A stretch of DNA of 64,000 nt from Squalus acanthias (Eukaryota): NCBI GenBank assembly GCA_030390025.1, contig CM059432.1:149732001-149796000 (forward strand), in the 5' to 3' direction. Under the pieces are notes generated by a model, which searched no databases, was not told the origin of the DNA, and saw nothing but the letters and a program-made list of their open reading frames with translations. The position numbers and the translations under genes were made by a program. Position 1 is the first letter of the stretch. The number at the start of each line of letters is the position of its first letter. Shown piece after piece: positions 24,976-38,029 of the stretch.

Positions 24976-26411
24976 CCTTGTCCTCTGATCAGGTAAAGTG
25001 ATGATTTTGCCCAGTCAGGACAAAGCTATAAAATAAAAAGGAGAACATTTAAAAAAAAACTTAGCTAAAATAACAACCGAAGATGCTGGAAATACACTCC
25101 AGGCCTTTCAGCTGCTTTAAACCAGAATTGGGGTGTCGGAATATATCTCAGAAACTCAATGTGACCGTCTCTAATCCTGCCTTCTGAGGCGGGTCTTACA
25201 CCCAAAGGGTTAATTTGTCTCTTTACTGATGCTCTGGACCTGCTGTATATTTCCAGTGCCTTCTGTTTTTTGAGCACCCCTCTATAGCAGAGTATCATGG
25301 AAAGACTGCTAAAAATAAGAGGGATTTATTTCGATTTGGGGTTTACTGAAATTTCAGGTCATCTCGAGACTTGGCTCAGGTGGTAAACAAGTTCGAATCG
25401 TGGCTGCCCTTCCCCATGCTGCTTAACTCGGGCCAGATTATGGGCCTGAAATTGCTAGGAAGTCATGTCCTGTCATTAGAATGACGCAAATCGTGAAATT
25501 GCTGGATTTACGACATTATTACGAATTAGTCCCACCGCAGCCATGGAGGGCTGGTAAATTAACGTGGTAAATGACCCCGGTAATGACGTGATTTATGGTC
25601 CTGACGACACTAAAACTTGGAGGCCCATAAAGGGATCATTTAAAGCAGTGAAGTCTCACTCCAGCAGGTAGAGAATTGTTCTTAGAAGTTTTTAAAAAAA
25701 AATATTTTTCTGTCTTGGCAGTCTTTGGTGCCAGTCTTGCCAGCCACAGTCCTGTGAGTGTTGGAAGGCAGTGTTCAGAACGCAAAGCTGTTTCGACACT
25801 CAACAGGTTCACTCATTCAAATGCAAGTTAGGTAGCTTTCTTTCAGAAAATAACATTTTGGGACCCAGAATGTGAGCAATACGAGACAAGATGTGATAAG
25901 TGCAGCGTGCTTGGGAGGAAAATGGCGACTTTGGACCTGTGGTTCCCAAAGCTCACCGACGCTGGGGGTTTTCCTCGTGTTGACTCTTTTTATTTCAGGC
26001 AGTTGCCGAATTAAGTTTCAGCTTTTGCCCCCATTTTAAAGGGGCACAACCAATAGGATTGTAACTTAACAAAAACAAATTAAAAGGAACCTTAACAAAT
26101 CAAATTACATTTTTGTTTTTTCTCCCCTCGTGTTGACTCTTCTTTGTGCGGCAATTGCCGATTAAAAGTCAACCATGTGCCCCCTTTATAAAGGGGCACA
26201 AACAATAAAGACTGTAACTTAAAACAAATAAAAAGGAACCTTAACAAATTAAATTAAAATGTTGTTTTTTTTCCTCGTGTTGTTTCTGGGTCTGTTGTTG
26301 ACTAATTGATAGAGATTGATTGCCATGTCAACAATTCCATTATCGTTCTATCATTACGACTACCAGGATGGTAGAGGGCAAACTAGATGGATCTTGGTCT
26401 TTTCTCATGTA

Positions 26412-26826
26412 CAAAAATGAGAAGTCGCACAACACCAGGTTATAGTCCAACAGATTTATTTAAAATTACAAGCTTTCGGAGCTGTCGCCCCTTCTTCAGG
26501 TAAAGTTACAATGAGTGAATCTACAAAAGTTCACAGAATATAAACACAGATACTGCAGAGATACAATCTTTCCTTACATCAAAGACACACCAAGAGCACA
26601 GCCAAGACAATGAGATGTGTCCCAGGGGGTCCAACGTGTCAAATCCTGCTGTCTGCAGCAGATCTCTCTCCATATCCCTTCCTCTCTCTCCGTCTTTTTT
26701 GGGGTTTGTTTTTTTTGTGTTTGTTTTTTAAAAACTGGAAAGACAGACAACGATGTCAAGTCACGTTCTGTAGCGTGACATGAACCCGATATCCCTATTG
26801 AGGCCATCCTCATGAGTGCGGAACTT
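26412..26826 (-). mobile_element. Penelope family 1 3' fragment
   Basis: KFRTHEDGLNRDIGFMSRYRT-stop, then UTR and terminal repeat as at 30328-30800. Confidence 0.88.
26466..26503 (-). ncRNA. Minimal type I hammerhead ribozyme motif, intact, compensatory stem I
   Basis: TTAC-CTGAAGA-A-GGGGC gaca GCTCC-GAAA-GC-TT-GTAA. Confidence 0.85.
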
Positions 26827-27669
26827 TTCTCGTGTAGCAATTCCTATGATCCTATGAAAGCATTGCAATGGCGTACGCACTGGGTGTTTCACTGTTCCTA
26901 ATGATGATGGACACTGGTTCTGGTTCTATACTTCCTGGGTCACGGAGGTTTGTACATTTCGCACACCTAACCTGCAATTCACTCATTAACTTCTCAAGAA
27001 CCAGTACATCAATTTCCAAACACAAATGAGTTACAATGTCTTCTTCTGCTTGTTCTTTATCATTTTTGTCTTACTTATCCTTTGTCTCTTTTTTCTCTCT
27101 TAATCTACTCTCTTTCCCTCTCTATTCCTCTTTCTGTCTATATTTCGTTTGACTCTAATTCACCCTATTTCCTTCTCCATTGCTCACTCTGTTTCTTTCT
27201 CTATCTTTTATTTCATTGGTCGAGGAGATAAACCCTTGGGCACAATGTTCACGAGGTCCCAGATGCGACAGTGACATCGCTGCTCCGTTATTGGATTAAC
27301 GTTTACAGCGCAAATATAGTCTGATCTCAATGATGAGCATAAAAATCCAATTAACGCCACTCACCACCAAACCCGCCATTGCAGCAATTTCTGGCCCAAA
27401 TAATTAGCTTCACACTAAGGAGTGTGAGTAAACACAACCAACATTTTGACCTGCATACGAATTAATTCAGTTTTACAATAAGTAAATCTGGAATAAAGAG
27501 CTGGTATCAGTAAAAGTGACCATGAAGCTGTCAGATTGTCGTAAAAACTGAACTGGTTCACTAATATCATTTGAGAGAGGAAAACTGCTGCCTATATGTG
27601 ACTCCAGTCCCACACTGCCCTCTGTAAATGAGATTACAGTCATTTAAAAAAAAGTAATTTAAATACTTT

Positions 27670-29096
27670 GGGCTAGAAATCCATTATAGTCCAGGAACGG
27701 GCGGTAAAATTAGAAAAGCTGGAGAATTAGCACCAGGTATTAATGCTTTAGACTGCATGCAAAATTCATTCTTACTGCTCAAAGAAATGATTGGGGCGCT
27801 AAATCAAGTCTTAAAGCCCTAGCTCAGTGGCGTTACACTCAAAGGGTGGACCAATATCGGGTGCAGTCTAATCTCAACTCATCATTGCCACAGGCTTTTC
27901 CCAGTACTTAAAGGGGAGGTTCATTGATGCTGCAGCACCTCATTCTCAGCATTGCTGGCTGTGCAGCTGCCTCAGCAAGGAGAAGCAGGACAAGGAGAAG
28001 GAGCCGGAGGACTGAAGCAGGTGTGCTCATGGCAGATCCACCTCAGTCGGGTGGTCAGGGTGATTGAAGGCTTCAACATATGCTACATACCACCATCTGT
28101 ACCACAAGCTTCACACACTGCCCAAAGCACCAGACCCCCAGCGCTCACCCACCAACAATCTCTACCCACCAACACTCACACCCACATCTCACACCTTGCA
28201 CACAATGACAGCTATTCAACTATGGCAGGCACACGGGTCATTAGTTGTTGGAATGAATGTGATATGTGTGATATGTTTATGCATAAATTTATTAATGGAG
28301 TCTCTCTCATTTCACCTTTGCGCCCAGGAGGACGCTGTGATATGGCATGACCAGTCCAACACCGGCATCTCCGCAACGTGATATGGCATGACACAGGGAT
28401 GGTATGATGGGCATGTGGTGAGCAAAAGGGATCTGGGGTTTAAGTCATCCTGGTGAGAGGCTGGAGGTCTGTTAAGAGGAGGTGGCAGAGTTCTGTGACC
28501 ACCACCTTGGTGATGCAGAGCCGTCTAATACACTGCTCATCGCTTAATTGGAGGTAGGAGAAGTGTTGTCGGAATACTCTCGGAGGGTAAGGCCTCCTGG
28601 TGAGAGCCCTGATGGCCGTCCTCCTCCCTCTGGACACATGTTCCAGTCTTTCTCGCTGCCTCTGCTCCCTCCGCTGTAGATCCTGGAGGGTGAGGTCGAC
28701 TGTCAGTAAAACCCCATTAATGTAACCAAGTGTAGCACTTTGATATTTTTAAAGAATAAATATAGCTACTTTTTAGTTACCACAACATTTCTGATACAAA
28801 AGAACCTTTAAATTACTGAATTAAACTGTTGCATAAAGTCAAACTGACAAGAAAGCACTGAAACTCCACTAACCTGACAGCAGCGACTCATTACTCATGA
28901 TCCCTTTTAAATAATGTCCCTCGAGCTGTCAGAACATCACGATCTGCCTGGTGTTGAAGCCCCCGGCCATACCTCGTACCAGCGGCGCATCGGGGGGACC
29001 GGATTTGCTGTGCGTCGCTGGATTCGCCTCGCCCCGGCGCTACTACATCAGCGCCTAGCGCTAACGGGAAGCGCTACACAACTGAATTTGTCCCCC
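27670..29096 (-). mobile_element. Internally deleted PIF/Harbinger element
   Basis: Transposase fragment RRPYPPRVFRQHFSYLQLSDEQCIRRL..TELCHLL at 28440-28637; imperfect TIRs gggctagaaatcca / tgaatttgtccccc; ttt on both flanks. Confidence 0.8.
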
Positions 29097-29329
29097 TTTA
29101 AGTCTAAAAGGTGTGTTAAAAATAAAATCTACACAATTTATTTAAAGCTCAAAGCCTTTTCAGGAAGCTGAACAGATCTTAATATATGATGTCACATGAA
29201 AACATAGTGCAGGCTGTGTTTACTCAGTTGTATTGAAACCGCTACAAAGAATAAGAAGAATAAAACTGGATTGACCACTTGGCTGCGACCTAGGCATTGA
29301 ATTAGGAACACCCAACCCAATCGACCCTG

Positions 29330-31392
29330 GAAAATCCTCCTCATTAATATCTTGTGCCAAAGTCAGGGGAGCTGTCCCACAGGCTGACATAGTCATAGTC
29401 ACAAAATCATACCTATCAGCCACGTCCTAGAATCTCCTATCACTATCCCTGAGGTGGGGGCAGAGTGGTGCACAGTCTGGTGGGAGTGACCCTGGAAGTA
29501 CTCAACATTAATTCTGGATCCCATGAAGTCTCATGGTTTAAGGCCAAACATGGGCAATGAAACCTTTTGTTGATTACCACCTACCTCCCTCCCTCAGCTG
29601 ATGAATCAGTACCCCTCCGTGTTGAACACCACTTGGAGGAAGCTCTGAGGGTGGCAAGGGCACAGGATATACTCGAGATAGACGTGAAGGGCATAGCTGC
29701 CAGTCTGGGCTTGCAACAGGTCGTGAGAGAACCAACACAAAGGAATAACCTACTTGAACTCATCCTCACCAATCTACCTGTCACAGGTGCATCTGTCCAT
29801 GACGGTATTGGTCGGAGCAACCATCACACATTCCTTGTGGAGACAAACTGAGGACAGCCTCCATCATGTTGTGTGGCACTACCACGCTGCTAAATGGGAT
29901 AGATTAAGAACAGATCTGGCAGCTCAAAACTGGGCATCCATGAGGCGCTGTGGGCCATCAGCTACAGCAGAATTGTATCCCAGCACATCCCTCACTTCTC
30001 CATCATCATTAAGCCAGATGACCAACTCTGGTTCAATGAGGAGTGTAGAAGAGCATGCTGGAAAAAGTACCTGAAAATAAGCTGCCAACCTGATGAAACT
30101 ACATGACAGGACTATAAGCATGCTAAGCAGCAGAAGGCGCATGCCGTAGACAGACCTAAGCGATCTTGCAACCAATGGATCAGATCAAAGCTCTGCAGTC
30201 CTGCCACATCCAGTCATGAATGGTGGTGGACCATTAAACAACTAACGAGAGGAGGAGGCTCCATGAACATCCCCATCCTCAATGATCATGATGCGGAGAT
30301 GCCGGTGTTGGACTGGGGTGGACAAAAATGAGAAGTCGCACAACACCAGGTTATAGTCCAACAGTTTTATTTGAAATCACACACTTTCGGAGCTTACGTG
30401 GCCCCTTCCTCAGGTGAAGTAAAGAAATACAGACTCGACAAAGCATATATAGATAGAGAACAATGCATGTGTAACTTACAAAGGCAGACGACTACATTTA
30501 AATCATCCTGACTGTTTATCTGCCGAGGTGTGACAAAAGGCAATCAGGTCAGCCAGGAAGGTACCACATCAAAGACATAGCAAGATACAACTGAGACAAT
30601 GAGGTGAAGTTACAGGGGGTCCAATGTGTCAAAAGCCGCAGTCTGTATGGGAAACGATAAACTTTAAAATTTTTTACTTTTTTACTGGGAATCACATCTG
30701 TGAACAAGCCAACGACGACTCGAGTCTGGATCACGTCATGTATCGTGACATAAACCCAAGATCCCGGTTGAGGCCGTCCTCATGAGTGCGGAACTTGGCT
30801 ATCAGTTTCTGCTCGATGATTTTGCGTTGTCGTGTGTTTCTAAGGCCGCCTTGGAGAACGCTTACCCGCAGATCTGAGGCTGAATGTCCTTGACTGCTGA
30901 AGTGTTCCCCGACTGGGAGGGAACACTCCTGCCTGGTGATTGTTGCGCGGTGTCCGTTCATACGTTGTCTCAGTGTCTGCATGGTCTTGGTCCAAACATG
31001 GACACGAGCTGAATTCCAACGGTGAGCTGAGAGTGACTGCCCTTGACATCAAGGCAGCATTTGACCGAGTGTGGCACCAAGGAGCCCTAGTAAAACTGAA
31101 ATCAACTGGGTCAAAGGGAAAACTCTCCAATGGCTGGTGTCATACCTAGCACAAAGGAAGATGGTGTGGTTGTTGGAGGCCTTTCATCTAAACCACAGGA
31201 CATTGCTGCAGGGAGTTGCTCAGGGGAGCATCCGAGGTGTAACTATCTTCAGCAGGTCATCAATGACCTTCCATCCATCATAAGGTCAGAAGTGGGGATG
31301 TTCGATGATGATCGCACAGTGTTCAGCTCCATTCGGAACACCTCAGATAATGAAGCAGTCCATGCCCGCATGCAGCAAGACCTGGACAACAT
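29330..31392 (+). mobile_element. Degenerate LINE family B copy, split by Penelope and CR1 insertions; resumes at 35647-35872
   Basis: LITTYLPPSADE, ALDIKAAFDRVWH and QQDLDN; continues as QVTF..HKCQ-like sequence after the CR1. Confidence 0.85.
30288..30990 (-). mobile_element. Penelope-like element family 1, 5'-truncated (GIY-YIG C-terminal part, UTR, terminal repeat)
   Basis: ORF 30731-30982 TLRQRMNGHR..PVGEHF..EQKLIAKFRTHEDGLNRD; mutated hammerhead at 30377-30417. Confidence 0.9.
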
Positions 31393-31690
31393 GTGCGGTT
31401 TAAACAGAGTGCTGCGAGTTGGGAATTGGTTCTTACTTTACACCAAGGAAAGAGTCCGAGAGCGGGAGCAGTCAAACAACAACAACTGCAAAACCGCTAA
31501 AGTGACGTCACAACCAGGGAAGGAGCTGATTGGTAAGTAGGACCTGGTGAGTATGTCTACAGTCCAGTCGTTAAAATCAAAGTAAGGTCTGTAGTTTAGA
31601 GTAAGTAGTGTTTAAAGGGAAGTAAGGTCCCTAGTGTATTTAATATTCTTTAATTTAAAGGCAATAAAGGGAGTAAATTAAGGGTAGGAC

Positions 31691-32635
31691 ATGGCAGGGC
31701 AGCTCGGCAGCATGGAGTGCTCCTCCTGTGCTATGTGGAAAGTCAGGGACACTTTAGGTGTCCAGGGCGAACACATGTGCAGGAAGTGTCTCCAGCTGCA
31801 GCTACTCGAAATCCGGGTTTCGGAGCTGGAGCTGCGGCTGGAGTCACTGTGGAGCATCTGCAAAGCTGAGATCTTCGTGGATAGCACGTTTAGCGAGGTG
31901 GTCACACCGCAGGTAAAGAGTGCACAGGCAGACAGGAAATGGGTGACCGCCAGACAGAGTAAAAGAACTGGGAAGGTAGTGCAGGAGTCCCCTGGATCCA
32001 TCTCCCTCTCCAACTGATTTTCCGTTTTGGATACTGATGGGGGAGATGGTTTCTCAGGGGAATGCAGCAAGAGCCAAGACTGTGGCACTACGAGTGGCTC
32101 AGCTGCACAGGAGGGGAGGAAAAAGAGTGGGAGAGCAATAGTGATAGGGGATTCTATCGTAAGGGGAACAGATAGACGTTTCTGTGGCCGCAGACGTGAC
32201 TCCAGGATGGTATGTTGCCTCCCTGGTGCCAGGGTCAAGGATGTCACTGAACGGCTGCAGGGCATTCTGAAGGGGGAGGGCGAACAGTCAGAGGTCGTGG
32301 TTCACATTGGTACCAACGACATGGGTAGAAAGAGGGATGAGGTCCTGCAGCATGAATTTAGGGAGCTAGGTAGCAGATTCAAAAGCAGGACCTCAAAGGT
32401 TGGAATCTCTGGATTATTCCCGGTGCCACGTGCTAGTGAATACAGGAATAGGAGGATAGAGCAGATGAATGCGTGGCTAAAGAGTTGGTGCAGGAGGGAG
32501 GGCTTTAGTTTCATGGATCACTGGGTCTGCTTCGGGGGAAGGTGGGACCTGTACAAGTCGGACGGGTTGCACCTGAACCGGAACGGGACCAACATCCTTG
32601 AGGGGAGGTTTGCTAGTACTGTTGGGGGGGTTTAA
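31691..32635 (+). pseudogene. CR1 ORF1 (zinc finger / leucine zipper plus SGNH esterase), one premature stop at 32015-32017
   Basis: CSSC..CRKC, LELRLESL, VIGDSIVR, HIGTND and DGLHL motifs. Confidence 0.92.
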
Positions 32636-32759
32636 ACTAACTTGGCAGGAGGATGGGATATGGAGTGGAGCTATAGTAGGGGGTGATGCACAGCTAAATA
32701 TAGAGGAAAAAACAAGTTAGCCTGGAAGGCAGAGCAAATATGTAACGGCACAAGGGAGT

Positions 32760-35572
32760 ATGGCAAGGCTGGATGGCATTTATTTCAATGCAAGGAGTCT
32801 TGCGAGTAAGGCAGATGAATTGAAGGTGTTGATGAACACATGGGAGTATGATATTGTTGCTATCACAGAGACATGGTTGAGGGAGGGGCAGGACTGGCAG
32901 CTCAATATTCCGGGGTATAGAATCTTCAGGCGAGACAGAGGGGGGTGTAAAAGAGGAGGGGGTGTCGCAATATTAATCAAGGAGTCAATTACTGCTGTAA
33001 GGAGGGATGATATCTTAGCAGGCTCCTCTAATGAGACCATATGGGTAGAACTTAAAAACAAAAAAGGGGCAAGCACTTTGCTGGGAGTGTACTATAGGCC
33101 CCCAAACAGTCAGGGGAAGATAGAGGAACAGATATGTAGGCAAATCTCAGAGAAGTGTAGAAATAATAGGGTAATAATATTAGGGGATTTCAACTTCCCC
33201 AATATTAACTGGGATAGTCAGAGTGTGAAAGGCTTAGAGGGTGCAGAATTCTTAAAGTGCATCCAGGAGAGCTTTTTGAGCCAGCATGTAGAAAGTCCTA
33301 CAAGAGAGGGGGCGGTACTGGACCTAATTCTAGGGAATGTAGCCGGGCAAGTGGTAGAAGTGTCAGTAGGAGAGCATTTTGGTGACAGTGACCATAATTC
33401 GGTGAGATTTAAGGTAGTCATGGAAAAGGACAAAGATGGACCGGAGATAAAGGTGCTAAATTGGGGGAAGGCCGATTTTAATATGATAAGGCAGGATCTG
33501 GGCAAAGTGGACTGGGATCAGCTACTTCTAAGAAAATCCACATCAGAGCAGTGGGAGTCTTTCAGAAAGGAAATAGAGAGAGTACAACGGCAACATGTTC
33601 CCGTAAAGGTCAAGGGTGGGACCAACAAGCCCAGGGAACCCTGGATGTCAAGGGATATACAAGAATGGATTAGGAAAAAAGGGAGGCTTTTGGCAGATAC
33701 AAAGGACTAAAAACAGTGGAAGCCCTAAAGAAGTATAGAAAGTGCAGGGGGGTACTTAAAAAAGAAATTAGGAGAGCGAAGAGGGGGCATGAAAAAACAC
33801 TGGCGGGCAAAAGAAAGGAAAATCCCAAGGTGTTTTATAAGTATATTAAGGGCAAGAGGATAACCAGGGAAAGAGTAGGGCCCATTAGGGACCAAAGTAG
33901 CAATCTGTCTGTAGAGCTGGAAGATGTAGGTGAGGTATTAAATGAATATTTTGCATCTGTGTTCACTATGGAGAAGGACGATGTAGGCATAGAAATCAGG
34001 CAGGGGGATTGTGATATAATTGAACAAATTAGTATTGAGAGGGAGGAGGTACTAACGGTTTTAGCGGGCTTAAAAGTGGATAAATCCCCAGGCCCTGACG
34101 GGATGTATCCCAGGCTGCTGTGTGAGGCAAGGGAAGAGATTGCAGGGGCTCTGACACAAATTTTCAGAACCTCTCTAGCCACAGGGGAGGTGCCAGAGGA
34201 CTGGAGAACAGCTAACATAGTACCATTGTTCAAGAAGGCTAGTAGAGATAAACTAGGGAATTACAGGCCAGTGAGCCTAACATCAGTGGTAGGGAAATTA
34301 TTGGAAAAACTTCTGAGGGACAGAATTAGTCTCCACTTGGAGAGGCAAGGATTAATCAAGGATAGTCAGCATGGCTTTGTCAGGGGGAGATCATGTCTGA
34401 CCAATTTGATTGAATTTTTTGAGGGGGTGACTAGGTGTGTGGATGAGGGTAGTGCAGTTGATGTAGTCTACATGGACTTCAGTAAGGCTTTTGACAAAGT
34501 CCCACATGGGAGACTGGCCAAGAAGGTAAGAGCCCATGGGATCCAGGGCAATTTGGCACATTGGATCCAAAATTGGCTTAGTGGCAGGAGGCAGAGGGTG
34601 ATGGTCGAAGGTTGTTTTTGTGACTGGAAGCCTGTGTCCAGTGGTGTACCGCAGGGATCGGTGCTGGGTCCTTTGCTGTTTGTAGTGTACATTAATGATT
34701 TAGATATGAATGTAGGAGGTATGATCAGTAAGTTCGCAGATGACACGAAAATTGGTGGAGTGGTAAATAGCGAGGAGGGAAGCCTTAGGCTACAGGAAGA
34801 TATAGACGGGATGGTTAGATGGGCAGAACAGTGGCAAATGGAATTTAACCCTGAAAAGTGTGAGGTGATGCATTTTGGGAGGACTAACAAGGCAAGGGAA
34901 TACACAATGAATGGTAGGACCCTAGGAAGGACAGAGAATCAGAGGGACCTTGGTGTGCATGTACATAGATCCCTGAAGGCAGCAGGACAGGTAGATAAGG
35001 TGGTTTAAAAGGCATATGGGATACTTGCCTTCATTAGCCGAGGCATAGAATATAAGAGCAGGGAGGTTATGATGGAGCTGTACAAAATGCTAGTTAGGCC
35101 ACAGCTGGAATATTGTATGCAGTTCTGGTCGCCAAGCTATAGGAGGGATGTGATTGCATTGGAGAGGGTGCAGAGGAGATTCACCAGGATGTTACCTGGG
35201 CTGGAGGGCTTCAGCTATGAAGAGAGACTGGACAGGCTGGGGTTGTTTTCCTTCGAGCAGAGAAGGCTGAGGGGGGACATGATTGAGGTGTACAAAATTA
35301 TGAGGGGCATAGATAGGGTAGATAGAAAGGAACTTCTCCCCTTAGTAGAGGGGTCAATAACCAGGGGGCATAGTTTCAAGGTAAGGGGCAGGAGGTTTAG
35401 AGGGGATTTGAGGAAAAACTTTTTCAGCCAGAGGGTGGTTGGAATCTGGAACTCACTGCCTGAAAGGGTGGTAGAGGCAGGAACCCTCACAACATTCAAG
35501 AAGCATTTAGATGAGCACTTGAAACGCCATAGCATACAAGGCTACGGACCAAGTGCTGGAAAATGGGATTAG
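32760..35572 (+). pseudogene. CR1 ORF2 (APE endonuclease plus RT), frameshift near 33680-33710 and stop at 35006-35008
   Basis: AITETWL, GDFNFP, SDHN, PQGSVLGP, KFADDTK and RRLRGD motifs. Confidence 0.95.
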
Positions 35573-35879
35573 AATAGACAGGGCTTGATGGCCGGCGCGG
35601 ACACGATGGGCCGAAGGGCCTCTTTCTGTGCTGTATATATGACTCTAACATCCAGCCTTAGGCTGCGAGGTGGCGGTAACATTTGTGCCACACAAGTGCC
35701 AGGCAATGACCATCTTCAACAAGAGAGAGCCGAACCACCTCTGCTTGACATTCAAAAGCATTACTATCGCATAACCCCCCATGTCAGCAGTGTGATAGAG
35801 TACTCTCCACTTGCTTGGATAGGTGCAGATGCAACAACACTGAAGAAGCTCGACACCATCCAGGACAAAGCAGTCATAA

Positions 35880-36565
35880 GCACATTACAGCCAATGAAGT
35901 ACTTTTGAAGTGTAGTCCCTGTTGTAATCTTCTTCTCTTCTTAGGCAGTCCCTCGGAGCCGAGGATGACTCGCTTCCACACTAAAAATGAGTTCTCAGGT
36001 GGCTGATGAGTCCAATGCGGGACCGACAGTCTCTGTCACAGGTGGGGCAGATGGTGGTTGAAGGGGCGGGTGGGTGGGGTGCTTGGGTTGACGTGCGCTC
36101 CTTCCTCTGTTTGCGCTTGGCTTCCGCTTGCTCCCGGCGAAGAGACTCGAGGTGTTCAGCGCCTTCCCGGATGCTTCTCCTCCACTTTGTGCGGTCTTGG
36201 GCCAGGGATTCCCAGGTGTCGGTGGGGATGTTACACTTTTTCAAGGAGGCTTTGAGGGTGTCCTTGAAGCGTTTCCTCTGTTGTAATATAGGAAACGTGG
36301 CAGGCAATTTGTGCACACCAAGTTCCTTCAAACAGCAATGAGATATATGACCAGATAATCTGTTTCATTGATGTTGGTTGAGGGATAAATATTGCCCAGG
36401 AGTCCTCCACTGCTCTTCTTTATATGACGTGGAATCTTTTACGTCCACCTGAGAGGGCAGACAGCAGCTCTGACAGTGCAGCACTGCCTCGATACCACAT
36501 GCAGTGAGATATCAGCATAGGTTTTGTGCTCAAGTCTCTCGAGTAGGACTTGAACCCACACCTTG
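35880..36565 (-). mobile_element. Degenerate DeuSINE interrupted by RTE
   Basis: cagccaatgaagtactttt..gtaggacttgaacccac. Confidence 0.75.
35929..36277 (-). mobile_element. RTE-clade LINE 3' fragment
   Basis: RKRFKDTLKASL..WESLAQDRTKWR..CPTCDRDCRSRIGLISHLRTH; 10-bp TSD ctgttgtaat at 35919-35928 and 36278-36287. Confidence 0.9.
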
Positions 36566-37430
36566 GGCTGAATTTTGCCGGCGCTCAGAGGGCGGGTTCG
36601 GAGGTGGGTCAGCTGTCAAAATAGCAAAGACTGACAGCGGGTAGGGAACCCGCTATCAACCCGCCTCCACGCACGTCTCCCAGGTGTCGGGTCTGTCTGC
36701 GCAGAACAGACCCGACACCATGCGGCGGGGGAGGCAATTCACATCATTAAATGGGTTGTTAACATCCAATTAACGGTTATTTTAAGCCTACATTTCAAAT
36801 TATAACTCGACCTGCTCCACCAGCTTTACATTCTGGCAGTAAGTTGAAAATGACTCCAATCATCATCACAAGAAAAATGTGTTGGATTTTTAAGAAAACA
36901 GACACACAGGTTAGATTGCCTGCTACTAATGCTTAACAGGAAAATCCCAAGCATGTTCCATCCACAATGGAATGAAAAGTGCAGGCAGCAGACCCGCAAT
37001 TTTCTGATGACGGGGGTTGATTTTAACTTTGGGGAGGCTGACCGGTGGAGTCCCGGCAGTGAAGGGCCTGGTGGCAACGTGAAGGCCGGGCCTCATTAAA
37101 ATAGAGCCAATGAGCTGCGGATGCCAAACGGGCGTCCTGATATAACTCGCCAGCACAATGTTGGGTGGTCCGGCCAGCAGGAAGGTAAGTCCCCGCGGGG
37201 GCGGTGTTGGCGTCACTATTGCAGAAGTGGGGACAGCCCGGGACTCCGCCTGGCCCCACAAAAATAATTGAAAACTATTCTTTTCAGGACCTTTTCTCTT
37301 CCATCACCAGTGAAACTGGTCGGAGCATGCACGCTGCGCAGACCACTTCTGTCCTAAAATGGCAATCAGGGTCCGACTATGTACGTCATTAAAGAGGCAA
37401 TAAGTCGACCGACCCAATTTTGAGGCCGTT
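36565..37430. mobile_element. GC-rich Harbinger-type non-autonomous fragments, boundaries uncertain
   Basis: Starts gggctgaattttg, like other TIRs in the window; second TIR-like gggggttgatttt near 37012. Confidence 0.45.
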
Positions 37431-38029
37431 GCCACCCTGTCAACACATGTGCATGAATGTTGATTTTTCTTTTTAAACAAAAGGACCAGGCTGGTCAATC
37501 TAACCTGAAGGAATCGAGTCAAATTTGGATATTTGCAAATTACTCCAAACGAGATCATTTTAGGTTCAAAATTCAGTTTGGCTGTAAACTTTAGGAACAA
37601 TATAAATCAGGCCTTGCAGTGACTGAGTTTGAAAAATAAAATGAAACCCATTGTGTTCTATAAATTGATGTTAAACTGGCTGTCTTAACAGTAAATACTT
37701 TCATTTCCATACTGCCACTACTTTGTCTGCTTTGTAACTTTAAGTTCTGAAAGATTTAATTTGTTTTGTCAGTGAGCTAAATTTTGAACCAATTTCTTCA
37801 CTGAAAACTGCATAGTTCCTCCGCTTCAAGCTGCTTTTTTGAGCTCCCTGACAAAACATAACTGAGGAGAATACAACTAAAGACATATCCTGGAATGATA
37901 TCCAACTGGTTGATTTTTACTGTTGTCTCAGAGTGCTTCGTAATATCCAATGGCTGTATAAATGATTGAAAATAATGCAGTCACTACAAAAGCAGATGAT
38001 ATTTGAGCTCGCAAAGGGTCAATGTGTTC

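Larger units (their letters stand above)
25442..27397. mobile_element. Harbinger-type non-autonomous element with nested insertions
   Basis: TIRs GGGCCTGAAATTGCT / AGCAATTTCTGGCCC (14 of 15); TSD not clear. Confidence 0.6.
31393..35646 (+). mobile_element. Near full-length CR1 LINE
   Basis: 5' UTR, ORF1, ORF2 and 3' UTR in order; aacat duplicated at 31388-31392 and 35647-35651. Confidence 0.97.

Noticed and set aside
30377..30417. Active hammerhead
   Set aside because: GAAA-GTGT lacks the U16.1 and the stem III palindrome; kept only as a degenerate family member
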